A stretch of DNA of 64,000 nucleotides from Acaryochloridaceae cyanobacterium VAR_48_metabat_390 (lineage in GTDB: Bacteria > Cyanobacteriota > Cyanobacteriia > Thermosynechococcales > Thermosynechococcaceae). The stretch covers positions 1 to 64,000 of the forward strand of contig JANPLU010000030.1 in the NCBI GenBank assembly GCA_031422435.1, read 5' to 3'. A program made the position numbers and the translations under genes. Under the pieces are notes generated by a model. The model saw only the letters and a program-made list of their open reading frames with translations. It did no database searches and had not been told where the DNA came from. How positions within the stretch are numbered: position 1 is the stretch's first letter; every line of letters begins with the position of its first letter. Shown in pieces: positions 61,119-64,000 of the stretch.

Positions 61119-61376
61119 ATGCTCAATATAGAACCAGCTCATAATTCATTATCAAAAATACTTCAGGCTTCAAGCAGTGCTTGTGCCGTGACGGGCGGGG
61201 TTATTTTGGCCTCCAACACCAATGTCAGTAGCTATGGATTCTTTTTTCTCGCCCTCAGCTCTAGCCAGATGCTTTTGTCATCGGTCTTAGCACGGAATAC
61301 ATCAATGATGGTCTATTCAGGTTCACTATTTATTTTTGTGGACTGTTTAGGCATTTATCGATGGATTCTAAGATAG
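61119..61376 (+). CDS. Small membrane protein (~3 TM)
   Basis: Hydrophobic ORF ending LGIYRW; 10 bp from the next gene. Confidence 0.7.
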   Translation: MLNIEPAHNSLSKILQASSSACAVTGGVILASNTNVSSYGFFFLALSSSQMLLSSVLARNTSMMVYSGSLFIFVDCLGIYRWILR

Positions 61377-61386
61377 ATTTTAAGTT

Positions 61387-61857
61387 ATGTTATGGCATAT
61401 ATATCCTGAAGAGCTAGACACTTTACCCTTAAAAATAGCCTATGAAACCCTTCAGGGCGATCCTCCATCAAAAATTCCATTTATCGTTTGGCTATTAGAA
61501 AACCCTGAGAGTCCATTGGCTTTACCAGGATGTATTAATCTCTATGGTCATGACTGTCTCCATCTACTTCTCAAGCAAGGCTTTACATCAGAGAATGAGG
61601 CTTATGTGGTTGGCTTTACGATGGGGAATGATGTTAGAACGAATCGCTTTCATTTACTAATTTTTAAGATTGCAGCACAAGTTTTGTACCCTGAAAAGTA
61701 TCGCTTAAGACCATCAGATATCTCAGTCTTTGAGCGAGGGTTTGAGATGGGAAAGAGAGTCAGTGCTAAAAATCTCAATCAGTTCTCTTTCGACGAGTGG
61801 GAGTATAAAGCATTAAGAGAAATTAGGAAAGAAATTGGATTAGAAGCTGTAGCTTAA
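61387..61857 (+). CDS. Coq4-like HDxxH-x11-E protein
   Basis: HDCLH-LLLKQGFTSEN-E. Confidence 0.7.
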   Translation: MLWHIYPEELDTLPLKIAYETLQGDPPSKIPFIVWLLENPESPLALPGCINLYGHDCLHLLLKQGFTSENEAYVVGFTMGNDVRTNRFHLLIFKIAAQVLYPEKYRLRPSDISVFERGFEMGKRVSAKNLNQFSFDEWEYKALREIRKEIGLEAVA

Positions 61858-61872
61858 TAGAGCTTATATGTG

Positions 61873-61929
61873 ATTAAAACCTTAAATCCACGCTGTCTTA
61901 GAAAGACAGCGTGGATTTAAGGTTTTAAT
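61873..61929. terminator. 27-bp perfect inverted repeat between convergent genes (possible bidirectional terminator)
   Basis: ATTAAAACCTTAAATCCACGCTGTCTT-AGA-AAGACAGCGTGGATTTAAGGTTTTAAT. Confidence 0.75.
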
Positions 61930-61969
61930 TTTCTTTCGCTGCTTCTCTTGTTCTAAAAGAAATTATCTG

Positions 61970-62335
61970 CTATAAATTCAATCGACCCAACCGAAAAAGG
62001 CTCCATCCACAGACCATTGACACGACAGCCAAAAAGAAATCCCATAGGCTCGTAGGCTTTAGAATGACGCCAGCGCTTATAAAAACTAGAAGAGCTGCAA
62101 TAAAAAGGAGTGCCCACCCTAGTGCTTTAAGGTCACGACCTCCAAATACAAGAGAGAGAACCCCTAAGAAGAGTGTGATTACAGCGCCAGCCGCCGATAT
62201 ATCAATCCACCAATAGCGGCCTATGCTGGAGGTAAATATAATGTTTTGACCCAGAAAATAAAAGGATAAAAGCATTAAAGCTATCCCAGCAAGTTTGGTA
62301 ATGGTCTGCAAAAATTTATGCCCCGATAAATTCAA
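61970..62335 (-). CDS. Hypothetical 4-TM membrane protein
   Basis: YFLGQNIIF, LKPTSLW; hydrophobic segments. Confidence 0.75.
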   Translation of the reverse strand: MNLSGHKFLQTITKLAGIALMLLSFYFLGQNIIFTSSIGRYWWIDISAAGAVITLFLGVLSLVFGGRDLKALGWALLFIAALLVFISAGVILKPTSLWDFFLAVVSMVCGWSLFRLGRLNL

Positions 62336-62387
62336 CGTTTATTTTACTAAGAATCCCTAGATTCCTTAGATATCTGACCCTGACCTG

Positions 62388-64000
62388 TTAGATTGTGGTC
62401 AAGATTGATACGTTCAGGAGCTGATTAACTTTGCTGAGTAATTCTGGGGTTGAAAACCCTTTGTTGAGGTAATCACTGGCACCTAATCGTCGTGCTTCTT
62501 TGCCCCATTCTTCAGAGAGGCGAGAGGACACGACTAAGATGGGCAGTTCTAGGCCAGACTGACGGCAGCGGTCAATGAGGGTGAACCCATCCATGTTGGG
62601 CATCTCAACATCCGTAATAATCAGGTCTGGGCGCTCGTTGGTTTGCAGCCAGTTCCAGGCTTCTAAGCCATCTGCACAGGTGAAGATGGTAAAACCGTTG
62701 GTGCTAAGACTGCCCTCAAGTCTTCGGCGCATTAAGGCGGCATCATCAACCACCAAAATCTTGCGAGAAGCAGACTGAGTTGGTTTAGGGCTATGAGCTT
62801 TGGCTGCTGGGGCAATTTTAGCTGTGGGTGCGGACTGGAGTCCGGTGATGAGGGCAATCGGATCCAGGATTGAAATTAATCGCCCATCGGGCTGGAGGCT
62901 AACGCCAAGGAGTCCGGCGGGGGCGACTAGGGGACTGGGGAGTGGGTTAATGAGTAGTTCTGCTTGACCCAGAAGATTGTCGGCGATGAACCAAAGTTCA
63001 GGGCTAGAACCCGATATTTCGGCCGACCGAGTGCGGATGGCGATCGCCGTATCCGTCAACGTCCTCGCCGTAGATTTTTCTGAAGATTGCTCTGCTTGCA
63101 GCCAGTAGTCTGCCAAGTCAAACCCAGGGGCTGCCCCTCGACGGGTCTGAAGCATCCAGGTCAATCGCGGGTTTTCTGTCTCCAGCGCAGAAATTTGAGC
63201 GGGATCAATCAGAATAGTTTCTAAAATTTCGTCCGTGGGGAGGGCAATGGTGCGATCGCCCACTTCCAGCAATACACAGGGTACCAAAAGCTTGGGTGAG
63301 GGAACTTCAAGGGTAAAGGTTGTCCCCTCACCTAGTTGGGTTTCAAGGCTAAGTTTTCCGTTGATGGCGGCAATTTGACTGGCAACTACGTCCATCCCCA
63401 CGCCGCGACCGGAGACTTCTGTCACGGTACTACGGGAGCTAAAGCCAGGTTGACACAGGACCGCTAATAGTTCGGCATTGGTGCGCGTTTGGTTGAGGGC
63501 AAATCCCTTGGATTGGGCAAGTTGGGCGATCGCAGCGGCATCAATACCGCCCCCGTCATCTTTAAGCACCAGTCGGTAAAGATTCCCGCGACGGTGAAGC
63601 GAGATTTCAAGGGTTCCCTGGGCAGATTTACCCTTCGCTAGACGAGTCTCAACCGACTCTAAGCCGTGGTCATAGGCATTTCTGAGCAGGTGCAGTAGGG
63701 CAGGCTCCAGCTGCTGAAGAATGCCTGCATCGAGTTCAACTTGCTCGCCGCTTACCAGCAGCTCGATGGGTTTACCGTAGCGATTGCTGAGATCTCGCAC
63801 AATGGCACGCGCGCGGAGGCCGAGGTTACGAAAGGGCACGAGACGGCTGGTTTCAATGCCGTCTTTAAGGCGGAGAATACTGAGATCGAGCTTGTCGAGG
63901 CGAATGGCGCTTTGCTGACTAACGGCCTCAATTTCTTGGCCTAGTTCGGACATTCGCAGAATGTTCTCTAGCAGCCGATTAATGGTGGTGTAGCCCTGGC
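62388..64000 (-). CDS. cheA: CheA-like hybrid histidine kinase (HATPase-CheW-REC), 5'-truncated by window edge
   Basis: HLLRNAYDHG, DDGGG, PGFS, SGRGVGMDVV, receiver VVDD/ITDVEMP; frame open to the window end. Confidence 0.92.
   Translation of the reverse strand, partial: QGYTTINRLLENILRMSELGQEIEAVSQQSAIRLDKLDLSILRLKDGIETSRLVPFRNLGLRARAIVRDLSNRYGKPIELLVSGEQVELDAGILQQLEPALLHLLRNAYDHGLESVETRLAKGKSAQGTLEISLHRRGNLYRLVLKDDGGGIDAAAIAQLAQSKGFALNQTRTNAELLAVLCQPGFSSRSTVTEVSGRGVGMDVVASQIAAINGKLSLETQLGEGTTFTLEVPSPKLLVPCVLLEVGDRTIALPTDEILETILIDPAQISALETENPRLTWMLQTRRGAAPGFDLADYWLQAEQSSEKSTARTLTDTAIAIRTRSAEISGSSPELWFIADNLLGQAELLINPLPSPLVAPAGLLGVSLQPDGRLISILDPIALITGLQSAPTAKIAPAAKAHSPKPTQSASRKILVVDDAALMRRRLEGSLSTNGFTIFTCADGLEAWNWLQTNERPDLIITDVEMPNMDGFTLIDRCRQSGLELPILVVSSRLSEEWGKEARRLGASDYLNKGFSTPELLSKVNQLLNVSILTTI

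Overview
64 kb of cyanobacterial chromosome, identified by frequent HIP1 GCGATCGC octamers and cyanobacterial genes such as cemA/pxcA, ycf36, an RRM rbp gene and a PatA-type regulator. Most of it is housekeeping: recN, coaE, the bamA-lpxC-fabZ-lpxA-lpxB operon, purC, tpiA, serS, 5-oxoprolinase, rsmE, two rpsU paralogs, trmD, ylqF, an RluA-family gene, lspA, bioY, SRP RNA, purM, rlpA, mobA and a partial cheA. Accessory patches are a HigBA module, an IS1/vapC remnant stack, a broken tRNA-Val(CAC) next to an MNT/truncated HepT pair, two MITEs and a palindrome-bounded AT-rich two-gene cassette. The most notable signals are four. (1) A small, very basic ORF (39463-39693) has an intrinsic terminator inside its coding sequence, the non-stop-mRNA layout of alternative ribosome-rescue factors (ArfA/BrfA), so it is a candidate cyanobacterial rescue factor. 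(2) A MITE appears to have inserted into codons 3-4 of lpxC and now carries a replacement start codon. (3) A 5' half tRNA-Val looks like an integration scar. (4) The rlpA leader is long and structured. All calls come from reading the sequence and motifs by eye; no database searches were run.
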